From: a virus
Reading direction: 5' to 3' (one strand)
Virus record (IMG/VR): IMGVR_UViG_3300035137_000026
Coordinates: 32,001-96,000 of that record
Length of the DNA stretch: 64,000 bases
Each line of letters starts with the position of its first letter. Positions within the stretch are counted from its first letter, which is position 1. Position numbers and translations under genes: made by a program. A model generated the notes under the pieces. That model did no database searches and had not been told where the DNA came from. It saw nothing but the letters and a program-made list of their open reading frames with translations. Positions 15,738 through 25,036 of this stretch are shown piece by piece.

Positions 15738-16379
15738 CTACTGGTTAAAGTCGGCCTCGTTGGGATCGAGGCTCTCGGGGGCCTCGTTGTTACTTGCAAG
15801 CTCGTCGACTTTTGTACGGTCGATGATTTCCCTGACGGGTCCGTATGGCTCCTGCTGGGTAGCGAGATGGGCGAGGATGCCGTCTTTGATGGCCGCCCCG
15901 GTTTCGTCGCTGATGACTGAGCCGTTGACTTCTACCTTGGCGTCCTTCATGAGGCTCACAAGTCGGTCGATCTGGCGGTCGATGGGGGAATCCATGAACG
16001 TCAGTTCTCTCATGTAGACCTTGGTGTTGGCATACAACACCTGCTCGCCTTGGCTGTTCTTGCCAACGCTCGGCTGATGGGTCAGGCGGCCGTCGACCTG
16101 AACCAGACGTCCGGGGGCCAAGCTCTGGAAGAGTTTCAGCCCTCTGTCGTTTTCGGGAAGAATAACCTGGACGATTTCCCTGGGCCGTTGTTCACGCCCA
16201 GTGGCTGGGTTGAACTTGGGCTCCTTGGTAGTATCCTCGCATAGCATGGAGAACCGGATGAAGGGGACACGCTTGCGCTCCATCTGTCCGTTCTGTCGGT
16301 TGCGGCGTTCTTTCCAGTCCCATGTTATCATGGGCTTCATTCCGCCGTTGCCGATGATTCCTTGCACAGTAGTTTGCAT
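15738..16379 (-). CDS. Single-stranded DNA-binding protein-like (OB fold, acidic tail)
   Basis: LAPGRLVQVDGRL and V.MRELTFMD resemble SSB OB-fold motifs; tail PESLDPNEADFNQ; AAGGAG SD. Confidence 0.6.
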   Translation of the reverse strand: MQTTVQGIIGNGGMKPMITWDWKERRNRQNGQMERKRVPFIRFSMLCEDTTKEPKFNPATGREQRPREIVQVILPENDRGLKLFQSLAPGRLVQVDGRLTHQPSVGKNSQGEQVLYANTKVYMRELTFMDSPIDRQIDRLVSLMKDAKVEVNGSVISDETGAAIKDGILAHLATQQEPYGPVREIIDRTKVDELASNNEAPESLDPNEADFNQ

Positions 16380-16480
16380 TTCTTACTCCTTGGGCGTAAA
16401 GCCACTCTGTTACCGGTTTATTCAAGGAGGATGGTGGTAACATTCACCCTCCTATTGAGATTCGCCTTAAACCCTTACAA

Positions 16481-16714
16481 CTAATAATAGAAGTATTTCT
16501 TGGGATAATGTTTTCTTTCCTTTTTCTGTTTTTTCCTCTCTAGCAGTAGTATGATCATGACGCTGATGGCTATTGGCCAGGCAACTGTTGTGAGGATAAA
16601 TGCAGGGGGCTTGAATCCGAGTGGTCTCTTTCCTCCTTCTGTGATGAGAACTATGAGTAATAGAGTCATGATGCATCCGCATTCGAGCCATATTATAGTA
16701 ATTATCTCAGTCAT
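16481..16714 (-). CDS. Small membrane protein
   Basis: Two hydrophobic segments and a basic tail. Confidence 0.55.
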   Translation of the reverse strand: MTEIITIIWLECGCIMTLLLIVLITEGGKRPLGFKPPAFILTTVAWPIAISVMIILLLERKKQKKERKHYPKKYFYY

Positions 16715-17096
16715 TTGTTGTTCCTGCCTTCTTTACGCCATGCTCAGCATAGATTACAGTGAGCATGAGGGCTTCGTCCAAGTTAACTAATGCCAGCGTG
16801 CCGAAGACGATTGCTGCCCACAGCATGATTGGAAAGTCCATGCCTGCGATGAATAGTCCTGCTGGGATGCCCAGGGCGAATATCCAAACGGCTGAGGATA
16901 GCTGTGTGCTGTCGTATTTTCCATCTTTCTTGGCACGGATGCCAAAGAGCCGAGCCATGATGGTGACAATGCCCTTAGTGGCATTTGATAGCCGGCTGAT
17001 GCCATGCTTGAAGAATTTAACTATACGTTGCATTGGCTGCCTCCTTGGATGTCTGTGCTGACAGCACGGCAAACCAGATGAGTGCGGGGACAGCAA
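16707..17096 (-). CDS. Membrane protein
   Basis: Two hydrophobic helices in the C-terminal half; tiled with neighbours. Confidence 0.55.
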   Translation of the reverse strand: MLSPHSSGLPCCQHRHPRRQPMQRIVKFFKHGISRLSNATKGIVTIMARLFGIRAKKDGKYDSTQLSSAVWIFALGIPAGLFIAGMDFPIMLWAAIVFGTLALVNLDEALMLTVIYAEHGVKKAGTTND

Positions 17097-17253
17097 AGAT
17101 GAGGAACACGATAGGACTTAGTGTGTTGAATGCGAGTGCTATACCACCACCAAGGTAGTAGCAACTGACCACTGTTCCAACAAGTGGTAGTGCTTCTGGA
17201 TGGTGGGTGGCCCGCTTGAATAAGCTTTTAATCTTTGTCCACAGCTTCTTCAT
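17017..17253 (-). CDS. Small membrane protein
   Basis: GGAGG SD, basic N-terminus, two hydrophobic segments. Confidence 0.55.
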   Translation of the reverse strand: MKKLWTKIKSLFKRATHHPEALPLVGTVVSCYYLGGGIALAFNTLSPIVFLIFAVPALIWFAVLSAQTSKEAANATYS

Positions 17254-17731
17254 TGCCTCCTCCCTCCTTGCTGTCCAGTGGTTTGCAGTCGGGACAGATC
17301 AGCCTGCCATTGACCTCCTTTAACTCGGTATCGATCTGTCCACAGCTGAAGCAATGCTTGTCCTTGACTTCGTTGAATTCGGCGTCAATGGCATCAGGGT
17401 CAGTTGTGGCTGGAATGTCTCTGGTGGCGGCGAATGCACCGTATGGGATGGCTACCATACCGATGACAATAAGTACTACAAACATAGCAATGACCGCCAG
17501 TCCGGTTCCTACGATGCTACCCACCGTCCTTACGGCAATTCCGGTGCCTTTGGTTGCACGGCTCATTACGCCTGAGCACAGGCGCCTCAAGCCAGACCAT
17601 ATACGACCGAGTTGGTTTAACAGTCTCTTCATGTCTTCTCCTTTATCTCCTCTATCTCTTTGTTGAACAATCTCTTGTGCTCCTCTTCTAATAGTCTGGC
17701 GCACGTCTTGTAATACTTCATGGGACGTCAT
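17228..17731 (-). CDS. Membrane protein with C-terminal zinc ribbon
   Basis: Transmembrane segment then CFSCG...LICPDC. Confidence 0.6.
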   Translation of the reverse strand: MTSHEVLQDVRQTIRRGAQEIVQQRDRGDKGEDMKRLLNQLGRIWSGLRRLCSGVMSRATKGTGIAVRTVGSIVGTGLAVIAMFVVLIVIGMVAIPYGAFAATRDIPATTDPDAIDAEFNEVKDKHCFSCGQIDTELKEVNGRLICPDCKPLDSKEGGGNEEAVDKD

Positions 17732-17962
17732 TTACTGAAGCTAATGTAGACCCTTACGTCTCGGAATATCTTAGTATTCTTTTGGTGAGTCTTCTGTTAC
17801 ACAGTGGGCACTGCATTAGTCTTCTTCTTCGGTAAGTTTGTCGTAGCAGTCCTTACAGATAAGCTCCAGCAGGTTGTCTGGGTCCTCGTAGTGTGGACTG
17901 TAGTCACTGTCTATGTAGTTGTCGCAACGCTGGCAGTAAAACATACTCACTGGTTTTCCTCC

Positions 17963-18190
17963 CTAATCTACCACCAGCCTGAGTATCTCGCTTAGGATGG
18001 TTCTGAGGTTCAGGTCGTCTAGCTGGTGGATGGCCTTGCGGATATTGTTTATCTTGACAATCCGTATGGCCTGTTGGAACGAGCAGCCCCGTTCTTGGAC
18101 TATCTTCTTGGCTTCCTCTAGGTTTAGGGTCCTTGGGTCAGGGGTAGGTTCTATGCGACCAAGGGTGAAGTCTTCTTTATCCTGGGGCAT
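17963..18190 (-). CDS. Hypothetical protein
   Basis: GGAG SD; tiled ORF. Confidence 0.55.
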   Translation of the reverse strand: MPQDKEDFTLGRIEPTPDPRTLNLEEAKKIVQERGCSFQQAIRIVKINNIRKAIHQLDDLNLRTILSEILRLVVD

Positions 18191-18473
18191 TTAGCTCTCC
18201 TTCGCAGATATTCTTTCCAATCTCTTGGTAGCCTATTGGTGCATGCCTTTCGCAATATACCAATGGGCTGCCGGGGTTTGCCTCGTGTGTGGCTGCCCTG
18301 CGGCAATCCCACTTTGTGCAGTAGCATTGGAGCTTCTTGCCTACTGTTGGGAGATGCTTGAGCTTTGCTAGCTCGTCGGCTATGGTTTGCGTTACTGGGG
18401 TGGCGAAGTCCCTCTTGGTTCTGAGTCTTTCTACCTTCTCTGGTAGGGACTCTTCCTTTGTCCTGCTGAGCAT
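18177..18473 (-). CDS. Hypothetical protein with Cys/His cluster
   Basis: CTKWDC...YCERH. Confidence 0.55.
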   Translation of the reverse strand: MLSRTKEESLPEKVERLRTKRDFATPVTQTIADELAKLKHLPTVGKKLQCYCTKWDCRRAATHEANPGSPLVYCERHAPIGYQEIGKNICEGELNAPG

Positions 18474-18506
18474 TGTTTAGCTCCGGGTGTCTGGTTTGTT
18501 ACTCTC

Positions 18507-18887
18507 TTAATATCTTGCCCTTGCTGCAATGGCTCTGATTCTTACGATATTCATAGCCTCGTTGTGCTGTTCAGTCCAGCTCATAGTGTGCCTACCGCTG
18601 TGCCACTCGGCAGCAAGGTCAGCACGTACCTGATCATAGAGCAGTCTGGCCCGACCGCCTCCACCCCAGTCGGTGGAGCGACCCTCATACTTGGGTAGCT
18701 GGTCTGCCATGAGGTCGTTGCGGTCGGATTTGACGGATTCTTGTAGGTCGACGACTTGGTCGGGGTCACATAGGTTGTATGAGTCTCCATTAGCATGGAG
18801 CATGAAGGGCTTCTCTGGAATGGCAGCCCCGTACTCGTCCTCTTGTTCAGTATCCTCGAGAATGTCTTGGGCTGCCTCCAGGTCCAT
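18507..18887 (-). CDS. Hypothetical acidic protein
   Basis: GGAGG SD; 126 aa. Confidence 0.65.
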   Translation of the reverse strand: MDLEAAQDILEDTEQEDEYGAAIPEKPFMLHANGDSYNLCDPDQVVDLQESVKSDRNDLMADQLPKYEGRSTDWGGGGRARLLYDQVRADLAAEWHSGRHTMSWTEQHNEAMNIVRIRAIAARARY

Positions 18888-18902
18888 TAGGTCCTCCTTC
18901 CA

Positions 18903-19397
18903 TTACTCGCATTCGTCGTCTGCATCAGGAATGACGATACACCCGCCGCCTCCATCAGTGCAGTCGGACTCAGTGTAGTCTTCTTCGCAGTAGGCATCGC
19001 CATACTCGTCGACTTCGCACCATATGCCACCATAGATTTTGATGACTGTATCTGAGATGCACTCATCGTCTGGCATCTTACAGGTGACGCCGTCACACGG
19101 GTCGTGACATGCATCGTCGCCGGGTAGGATGACACAGCCCCAGTCACACTCCTCTAGTGTCTGGTCATAGATGCATTCTCCATCTATGCAGTTGTATGTC
19201 TCGTGGTAGATGATTAGTGTGTCCTCGTTCACGCAGTAATCGTTGGGTGAACTATCGCAGACACCATTGTCCAAACAGTCAGTATCTGGTTCGGGGCTGG
19301 CGTCTCCTAGGTCGGTATCGTTGCTGAAGTGTGGGGTGGGGTCCTCTGCACATGCCGCTATAGCCAGCACCATTGAAGCGATTGTCAGGTATTTCAT
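18903..19397 (-). CDS. Cys-rich acidic lipoprotein with two internal repeats
   Basis: Signal peptide with lipobox LAIAAC; two roughly 50-aa units with matching Cys spacing. Confidence 0.75.
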   Translation of the reverse strand: MKYLTIASMVLAIAACAEDPTPHFSNDTDLGDASPEPDTDCLDNGVCDSSPNDYCVNEDTLIIYHETYNCIDGECIYDQTLEECDWGCVILPGDDACHDPCDGVTCKMPDDECISDTVIKIYGGIWCEVDEYGDAYCEEDYTESDCTDGGGGCIVIPDADDECE

Positions 19398-19410
19398 TGT
19401 ATCTTTCTCC

Positions 19411-19644
19411 TTAGTTAGGATAAGCAGATATCAGATCGCACAGTACCTGCCATCCGTCGGGTCCGTATTCTTTCTCTGAACTACGGAACCATGTCTCGTG
19501 CAGGATTCGGTGTATCTCACCGTCCTGTTTGTTTCTGCATGCTTGGTGGAAGTCTGCCTCTGCGTCTGGGTAGAACTCCTGGATACAGCCGGCTAGCCTG
19601 TTTTCGAAGGTCAACAACATTTCCCACCACTCGCCAATATTCAT
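19411..19644 (-). CDS. Hypothetical protein
   Basis: Tiled ORF with SD. Confidence 0.55.
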   Translation of the reverse strand: MNIGEWWEMLLTFENRLAGCIQEFYPDAEADFHQACRNKQDGEIHRILHETWFRSSEKEYGPDGWQVLCDLISAYPN

Positions 19645-19874
19645 GCTTTCACTCCTGCCTGTTGTTCAATATCACTGAAGATATCATAGTTTGGATTCTT
19701 GGCTCTCTCTTCAGCCGACGGAGTCTTCTTCCTTGAATGCCAGCTGAAGAGCTTCTTAACTGCATGGAGGCCAATACTCAAGCCAACACCAGAGATGGCA
19801 GATGTCAGCAGTATAATGATGGCTGTGAGTAGTGTCTTGCCTCCTGCAAACAGAACGAATGAGATGAGTTCCAT
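19641..19874 (-). CDS. Small membrane protein
   Basis: Hydrophobic N-terminal half; GGAG SD. Confidence 0.55.
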   Translation of the reverse strand: MELISFVLFAGGKTLLTAIIILLTSAISGVGLSIGLHAVKKLFSWHSRKKTPSAEERAKNPNYDIFSDIEQQAGVKA

Positions 19875-20021
19875 GGGCTTACTCCTGGTCTAGTGGGCCG
19901 TGCAATTTGAATGCCCTAGCCAAATCCAACTTATTGACTTCATGCTCTGAGTTGGTGTTGTTGTCCTTGTTGCAGTAGATGTCGTTATGAGTAAGGATCC
20001 TGACTGGTTGTCCATTGACGT

Positions 20022-20252
20022 TTAGGGTTTTCGGTTCCATTGTTCCTCCTTGTCTGTAGGCCAATAGCCAGTCTCTTGTAGCTGTTTTACTTCCTCGTCG
20101 AGCCACTCGTCGGCTGACATGGTATGTCCACAGTGGCCGCAAGCGATGTGCTTTCCGTCTGGCCACTTGTATGTGACTTTGCCTTTATTCTTCTCGGCAC
20201 ACGACTTGCAGCCACAGAGGTGGCCACCCTCACACTTTGGGCAATGCATCAC
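20022..20252 (-). CDS. Small zinc-ribbon protein
   Basis: CPKC..CGCKSC...CGHCG. Confidence 0.6.
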   Translation of the reverse strand: MMHCPKCEGGHLCGCKSCAEKNKGKVTYKWPDGKHIACGHCGHTMSADEWLDEEVKQLQETGYWPTDKEEQWNRKP

Positions 20253-20610
20253 TTACCTTCTCGCCGATGATGATGACTTCGGTCTGGTCGTCGAGCAGTT
20301 TCTTGTACTGTTTCTCCCAGCGTGGCTTGAGTACCTTCTTAGTGAAGACTACTCCCATGCTGAGGCCGATGCCGGTTACAACGTTGTAGATCATCATGCC
20401 GATGCCTGTGATGGTGGTAAGCCCCACCCAACCGCCAGTCACCAGCATGATTGTGACGACCACGTCCAGAGGTCCGAGGGTCTTGCACATGAGCAACCTT
20501 GGGCTCCAGGGCCGGCCGAAGAAGGTACTCATGAGCGGAACGTAGTTGATGAGCCAGCATACTGCGAAGGCTCCTCCGAATCCTACCAGCAGAAGTGATG
20601 TAATACTCAT
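20230..20610 (-). CDS. Multi-pass membrane protein
   Basis: Three hydrophobic segments. Confidence 0.65.
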   Translation of the reverse strand: MSITSLLLVGFGGAFAVCWLINYVPLMSTFFGRPWSPRLLMCKTLGPLDVVVTIMLVTGGWVGLTTITGIGMMIYNVVTGIGLSMGVVFTKKVLKPRWEKQYKKLLDDQTEVIIIGEKVSDALPKV

Positions 20611-20613
20611 AGC

Positions 20614-21201
20614 TTACTTCCCTACATGTATTTCGGTACATGCACCTTCTTCGATGATTTCTCTGTGCCATGGATTGAAGAATGTCTCGTCTATGAAGTC
20701 GAGCTTGCCTTCTTCATCCAGTTTGTATTCCTCGCCTTCGATTATGAGGTGAGTGGGAACTCCTTCCTTGTAGTAGTAATAACACTGAGCGTCGATGGCA
20801 GTCCTATCCGCCATACGGCTCAGCATGAACATGAGCGCCAGCCCACCAATGATGGACCAGATGGTGATGAACCATAGTATCTGGTAGATTGGATTAGGCT
20901 TGGGTTTTATGACAGCAGTGGTGTAGGTATATGTAATCTCTGCCACCACGTCGATGTTGTGCTCTTTGAGGTGTTCGGGTGTAGCCAGCTCTGCGATCTT
21001 AATCTTGGGAACGCCGAGGAGCTGGTCTTCCTTCTTGACCTGATAGGCATAGCGCTTGGGCTTGGCCTTCATGTCCTCGAGGGTTGCTCTGGTCTGTGTC
21101 GGCGGAGCGGAGATGATTGAATCATTCATCCTCACGTCGTCATAGACCTTGATTATCCGGATGCCATGTTTCTTTCCCTTAAAGAAATCTGTGAGGGACA
21201 C
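20614..21201 (-). CDS. Single-pass membrane hypothetical protein
   Basis: 195 aa, one hydrophobic helix. Confidence 0.65.
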   Translation of the reverse strand: MSLTDFFKGKKHGIRIIKVYDDVRMNDSIISAPPTQTRATLEDMKAKPKRYAYQVKKEDQLLGVPKIKIAELATPEHLKEHNIDVVAEITYTYTTAVIKPKPNPIYQILWFITIWSIIGGLALMFMLSRMADRTAIDAQCYYYYKEGVPTHLIIEGEEYKLDEEGKLDFIDETFFNPWHREIIEEGACTEIHVGK

Positions 21202-21215
21202 GGTGTCTTCCGTTT

Positions 21216-22238
21216 CTACAGCTCCCTTAGCGGCACATGGAGTTTCACTAGAGCTGTGCAGTGATTCCAGGTATGAGCTGTGCCACTCTCCTTCTTTGGC
21301 TTGTCACCATCACCCCATGTAAAGGCAAGCAGGGCCTCTGCATCTCTAGCAATCTTTAGGTCTCTTGGCTTGAAACCCGGGGTGACCACTGCTTCAGCCC
21401 CCTGGGCAATGGCTTTGTTGAGACCGTTAATTGTTGATAGGCTGTTCTTACCCATAGCCATGCCGAACTCTTGGTGGTACTTGTTGGTGGCTCGGGCTGT
21501 GGAAGTGGAGCCAACGTATCCACCTTCGTCCAGCGGCGCAGGCAGGTGCAGCCTCAGCTGGTGTGCTCTGCTAGCTAGGTATAGGCTGACTGCTAAGTGG
21601 TCTGACCATGCAGCGCCACCGCTAACTAGCCGGAAATCTTGTGGATTTAGCTGGAGCTTGTTGATATACCCTTGGGCATATCTATACATGTCACCGTATA
21701 GTGTCTTGCTCATCTCGTTGCCATCGACGCCACGTCCGGCGGTGCCGATGATACCGAAGTTCAGGCCGTCGAGTTTGGCTTTAATGGTTGCTCGTGCTTC
21801 CTCTGTAGACAGTGCGGACTGTTGCTGTGTAGCGTGCCTCCTGAGGTACATATTCCTGAATTCGATGACTCGCTTGGGATCCGTCTCTCTTTCCTTAGCT
21901 CGGGCACGAAGTGTCATCTCATCCGGTACATGTAACTCAATGGTTGTCACGTCAGTCCATTGCGAGAGGATGCGGTTGATGGTGGTGTTAGTGCCTGACT
22001 CTACGAATGCTGTGAGATTCTTTTTGTTACAGTCCTCCAGAAATGCTGTGAGGGCATTGGGGATTTTGCGTTTAACGACCTCCCATTTGTCCCAGTCCAT
22101 CTGGTTGTTGACGATACATCCATATTCCTTGTAGAACTCTAGGACATCCCAGTAGTCGATGTCTGACCTATCCAGGAATGGCTGTATTATGTAGGTCTTG
22201 CCACTACACTGTGTACCTTTGATGTGAAGAATCTTCAT
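21216..22238 (-). CDS. P-loop kinase-like domain fused to a SLOG (YpsA/DprA-like) domain
   Basis: N-terminal IKGTQCSGKT Walker A; C-terminal GIIGTAGR, LVSGGAAWSDH, RDLKIARDAEALLAF, SGTAHT. Confidence 0.6.
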   Translation of the reverse strand: MKILHIKGTQCSGKTYIIQPFLDRSDIDYWDVLEFYKEYGCIVNNQMDWDKWEVVKRKIPNALTAFLEDCNKKNLTAFVESGTNTTINRILSQWTDVTTIELHVPDEMTLRARAKERETDPKRVIEFRNMYLRRHATQQQSALSTEEARATIKAKLDGLNFGIIGTAGRGVDGNEMSKTLYGDMYRYAQGYINKLQLNPQDFRLVSGGAAWSDHLAVSLYLASRAHQLRLHLPAPLDEGGYVGSTSTARATNKYHQEFGMAMGKNSLSTINGLNKAIAQGAEAVVTPGFKPRDLKIARDAEALLAFTWGDGDKPKKESGTAHTWNHCTALVKLHVPLREL

Positions 22239-22249
22239 AGCGGGGCTCC

Positions 22250-22753
22250 TTAGATGTCTTCTCTGTTGCTACTGGGGATACACGCTTGCCTGAGAACCAG
22301 ACCTGCTCTGCTCCTTGCAATATCTCTGATGGCTTGGGCCTGGGCCTCGAGGTTATCTGCGGCCTCTAGTAGGTCAGCTCTGTCTGCTGCTTCTTTGAGG
22401 CACAGGCTGACCTGATCTATCTCCTCGGCGATTTGTTCACCGAGTTTGATGCTAGCCATCAGCTCAAGGTACTTAGGTCTGATGGACTTGAAGAAGCTAG
22501 CCGCTTTTCGGATGCCTGCTTGGGCGGAGTTGACGAGTTGGCTCGCCTTGCTTCCCTGACTGGGAGTTGCTGGCTTCGACTCTTGCTTCTTCCTCTTTTT
22601 GTTCTTGGCTTTCCTCCGCTTTCTGCTTCCTTGGCGTGTCACTATCCCCTCGCTTTCTGGCGATTTCATTTGCCTGTTGTAGGAACTCCTCGTCAGTGAT
22701 GTCATCACTGTACAAAATGAGGTGATGTGTGTCTGTTGAGCCTTTCCAGTCAC
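22250..22753 (-). CDS. Hypothetical basic/coiled-coil protein (true start probably the GTG of VTRQGSRK)
   Basis: Lys/Arg-rich stretch then helical C-terminus; overlaps ORF 22497..22811. Confidence 0.5.
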   Translation of the reverse strand: MTGKAQQTHITSFCTVMTSLTRSSYNRQMKSPESEGIVTRQGSRKRRKAKNKKRKKQESKPATPSQGSKASQLVNSAQAGIRKAASFFKSIRPKYLELMASIKLGEQIAEEIDQVSLCLKEAADRADLLEAADNLEAQAQAIRDIARSRAGLVLRQACIPSSNREDI

Positions 22754-22846
22754 CTGACTGCTTGCAGAGTGCTGCCAGGTAACGGTAGGCTTGGGGTTTG
22801 TCCGTGAACATTGTGTTCCTCTCTAGTGGACTATTTGTCCTTTCTT

Positions 22847-23110
22847 CTATTGTGTGGCTGTGTTCATGTGGTAATTATGCCACATGAGGTCGATTTCGTT
22901 GGCTATTTTGAGTGCTTGGCCTATGGCATGCAGCTTGATGCTGGCTAGGTTGACGATGGTATGGGTTGGGTCCATCTCTTGTATTTCCATTGCCTTGGCC
23001 ATGACTTCAAGGTCATCCTCTATCTGAAGTATGAGGATGCTGTATGTCCTTTCGCCTGCTGCGGTCTTAAAACTTGGGGCAATAGCTTTCTTGTCTGTCT
23101 GCTTCGGCAT
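22847..23110 (-). CDS. Hypothetical protein
   Basis: AGGAG SD; 87 aa. Confidence 0.55.
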   Translation of the reverse strand: MPKQTDKKAIAPSFKTAAGERTYSILILQIEDDLEVMAKAMEIQEMDPTHTIVNLASIKLHAIGQALKIANEIDLMWHNYHMNTATQ

Positions 23111-23440
23111 GGCGTCTCAACTCCTCGTTCTTCGCTCGCTGGGCATCCTCAGCCACTCCTAGAGGGCAGTACCTTGTGCATTCGGGGCACATGTTCTTGC
23201 GTTCTAGGAATGCCTTAACTAGGAAGCCCGGTATTTTGTGAAAACAGTGTGGACACTTCATTTCCACCCTCCATCTCACAGAAATGTACACATTTCCGGG
23301 ATACCTCGGATAGCACTACCATTAAATAGTTGAAATAACTATAGAAGGCGGTACTACCTAGAGGTATTCTAGATGTATTGAAGTACATTCTGGTTGTGGT
23401 TTTTTGTGTTTACGTGTAGAAGAGAATATCTGAGGTCTGG

Positions 23441-23974
23441 CTAGGCAGCTGTTTGCTTGTGGAATCTCTTCATGGCAGAGCCAATGCCGGCTACACGGAC
23501 TGGGGTTTTGGGGGCGATGTCGCTGACTTTCTTGTTGGCTTTCTCGGTGACGACGTATAGGCTGCCATCACGGATACACCCCATTAGTTTGAGGGTGTAG
23601 AAGTCCTTGCCTTGAGTAAATCCTCCCGTACGAAGACGGACGATGACTCCGTCGCCTCTGCGCTGGCGGTATGCCCAAGCATCCAGAGTGACGATAACAT
23701 CGTCCTCCTTCAGTTCCTCGGCGGGCAACTCACCACTCCATGTGTAGGCCACCTTATCCAGGCGGCTATCACTATGGAGGTACTTACGTGGGATTGAGGT
23801 GTAGAGTTCTGCTGGCTTGGGTACGTCTTCCATGTACAGGTCCATGAGATTAGCTGATTCTTTATTATCTGACATGGCTTCTGCCTTTCTGTTGACTTCC
23901 GGCCAACGGTTGAATCCAATGAAATACATAAACTGTTGCTCATGTGTATTAGTCCTCCTCTTCCTCCTCTTCAT
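23441..23974 (-). CDS. Hypothetical protein
   Basis: 177-aa ORF with GGAGG SD. Confidence 0.6.
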   Translation of the reverse strand: MKRRKRRTNTHEQQFMYFIGFNRWPEVNRKAEAMSDNKESANLMDLYMEDVPKPAELYTSIPRKYLHSDSRLDKVAYTWSGELPAEELKEDDVIVTLDAWAYRQRRGDGVIVRLRTGGFTQGKDFYTLKLMGCIRDGSLYVVTEKANKKVSDIAPKTPVRVAGIGSAMKRFHKQTAA

Positions 23975-24533
23975 TCCCCCATGGCGCAGCTACCAACCAT
24001 GCCGCCGCCAGCTCGATGTACTGGCGATACTCCACGATCTGGGCCGCAGAATATCCATACTTTCGTCCTACTCCGCGATGATGTTCGCGCCACCACGCGA
24101 CGGGATGTTTTTCGCATCCGATCGCCAGCTCGACACGACTACAGGTGGTCAGCTGGTGCGCGGTCCCGCGAATCTGTAGAGGAGATACGCCCCAATAGTC
24201 GCCGGAGACCCTGGCGTCGTCGGTGACCCTGGCGTTGTCGGTGATACAAGCGTCGCCGGAGATCCTGGCGGAGCCGGTGACCCTGGCGGAGCCACAGACA
24301 CAGGCGGAGCCGGAGTGACTCAAATTTTCCTCTGACTCAATCCACCCACCGAGATCGCCAGCGGTAATCCCATGGAGATCTATGTCACGTAGATACTGCA
24401 CGCGATGCAGAGTGTGACCACGTTTGGTCATTTCGCCGGTCAGTCTGTATTTCGGCTGACTCGATTCTCCATTTCTCAATTTTTGTGGTGTGGCTGTCAT
24501 CTTCTTTGCCTCTCGTTGTGGGCTTTCATCCAC
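23949..24533 (-). CDS. Phage hexapeptide-like repeat protein
   Basis: KYRLTGE...GDLGGWIESEENLS followed by (G/D)xARVxGx repeats, a common phage family. Confidence 0.7.
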   Translation of the reverse strand: MDESPQREAKKMTATPQKLRNGESSQPKYRLTGEMTKRGHTLHRVQYLRDIDLHGITAGDLGGWIESEENLSHSGSACVCGSARVTGSARISGDACITDNARVTDDARVSGDYWGVSPLQIRGTAHQLTTCSRVELAIGCEKHPVAWWREHHRGVGRKYGYSAAQIVEYRQYIELAAAWLVAAPWGNEEEEEED

Positions 24534-24739
24534 CTCTCGACCTCGTGCTTAATGTCTTTGTGTGGTGCTTGGTCGCATGGGCCTTGGAGCTGTGCTATTT
24601 GCAGCTGCCCGTTGCTGGAGTTATACACCTCCAGTATTCCTTGGTACTTATCCTTACGTACTCTGTTCTTGAAACTGGCGCTCACTTTCTTTCACTCCCA
24701 TGCTCCAGCCATGGTTATCTCCATGTGAGCTGTAGAAGG

Positions 24740-24928
24740 CTATTGCAGGATGCCAAAGCCTTCACATTCTGTGCATGGTGTACCGTCTATCTCCTGACAA
24801 CTACCTTTGCACTTGGGGCAGAGACCATCTTTGAGGTTCTGCTGTTCTGTTTCAATGATGTCACGGCAGTCGTCACATACTGCGGCTGGTCCCGTTGTAT
24901 GGGTCTGACAATACTTGCACTGACTCAT
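24740..24928 (-). CDS. Small zinc-finger protein (DnaJ-like CxxCxG repeats)
   Basis: CKYC, CDDC, CPKCKGS, CTECEGFG; AAGGAGG SD. Confidence 0.6.
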   Translation of the reverse strand: MSQCKYCQTHTTGPAAVCDDCRDIIETEQQNLKDGLCPKCKGSCQEIDGTPCTECEGFGILQ

Positions 24929-25036
24929 GTCTCCTCCTTTTCTGCAAGAAATTGCAGATTATCTGCCTTACAAGGGCTTAGTAGGTAGGATATTTCGGGT
25001 TGGCCGTTAAGAAAGTAATGGCCACCCCGTATACCT

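Noticed and set aside
21280-22134. 284-aa plus-strand ORF and the many other antisense ORFs in the track
   Set aside because: Shadows of real genes on the opposite strand; no SD, no motifs, biased composition
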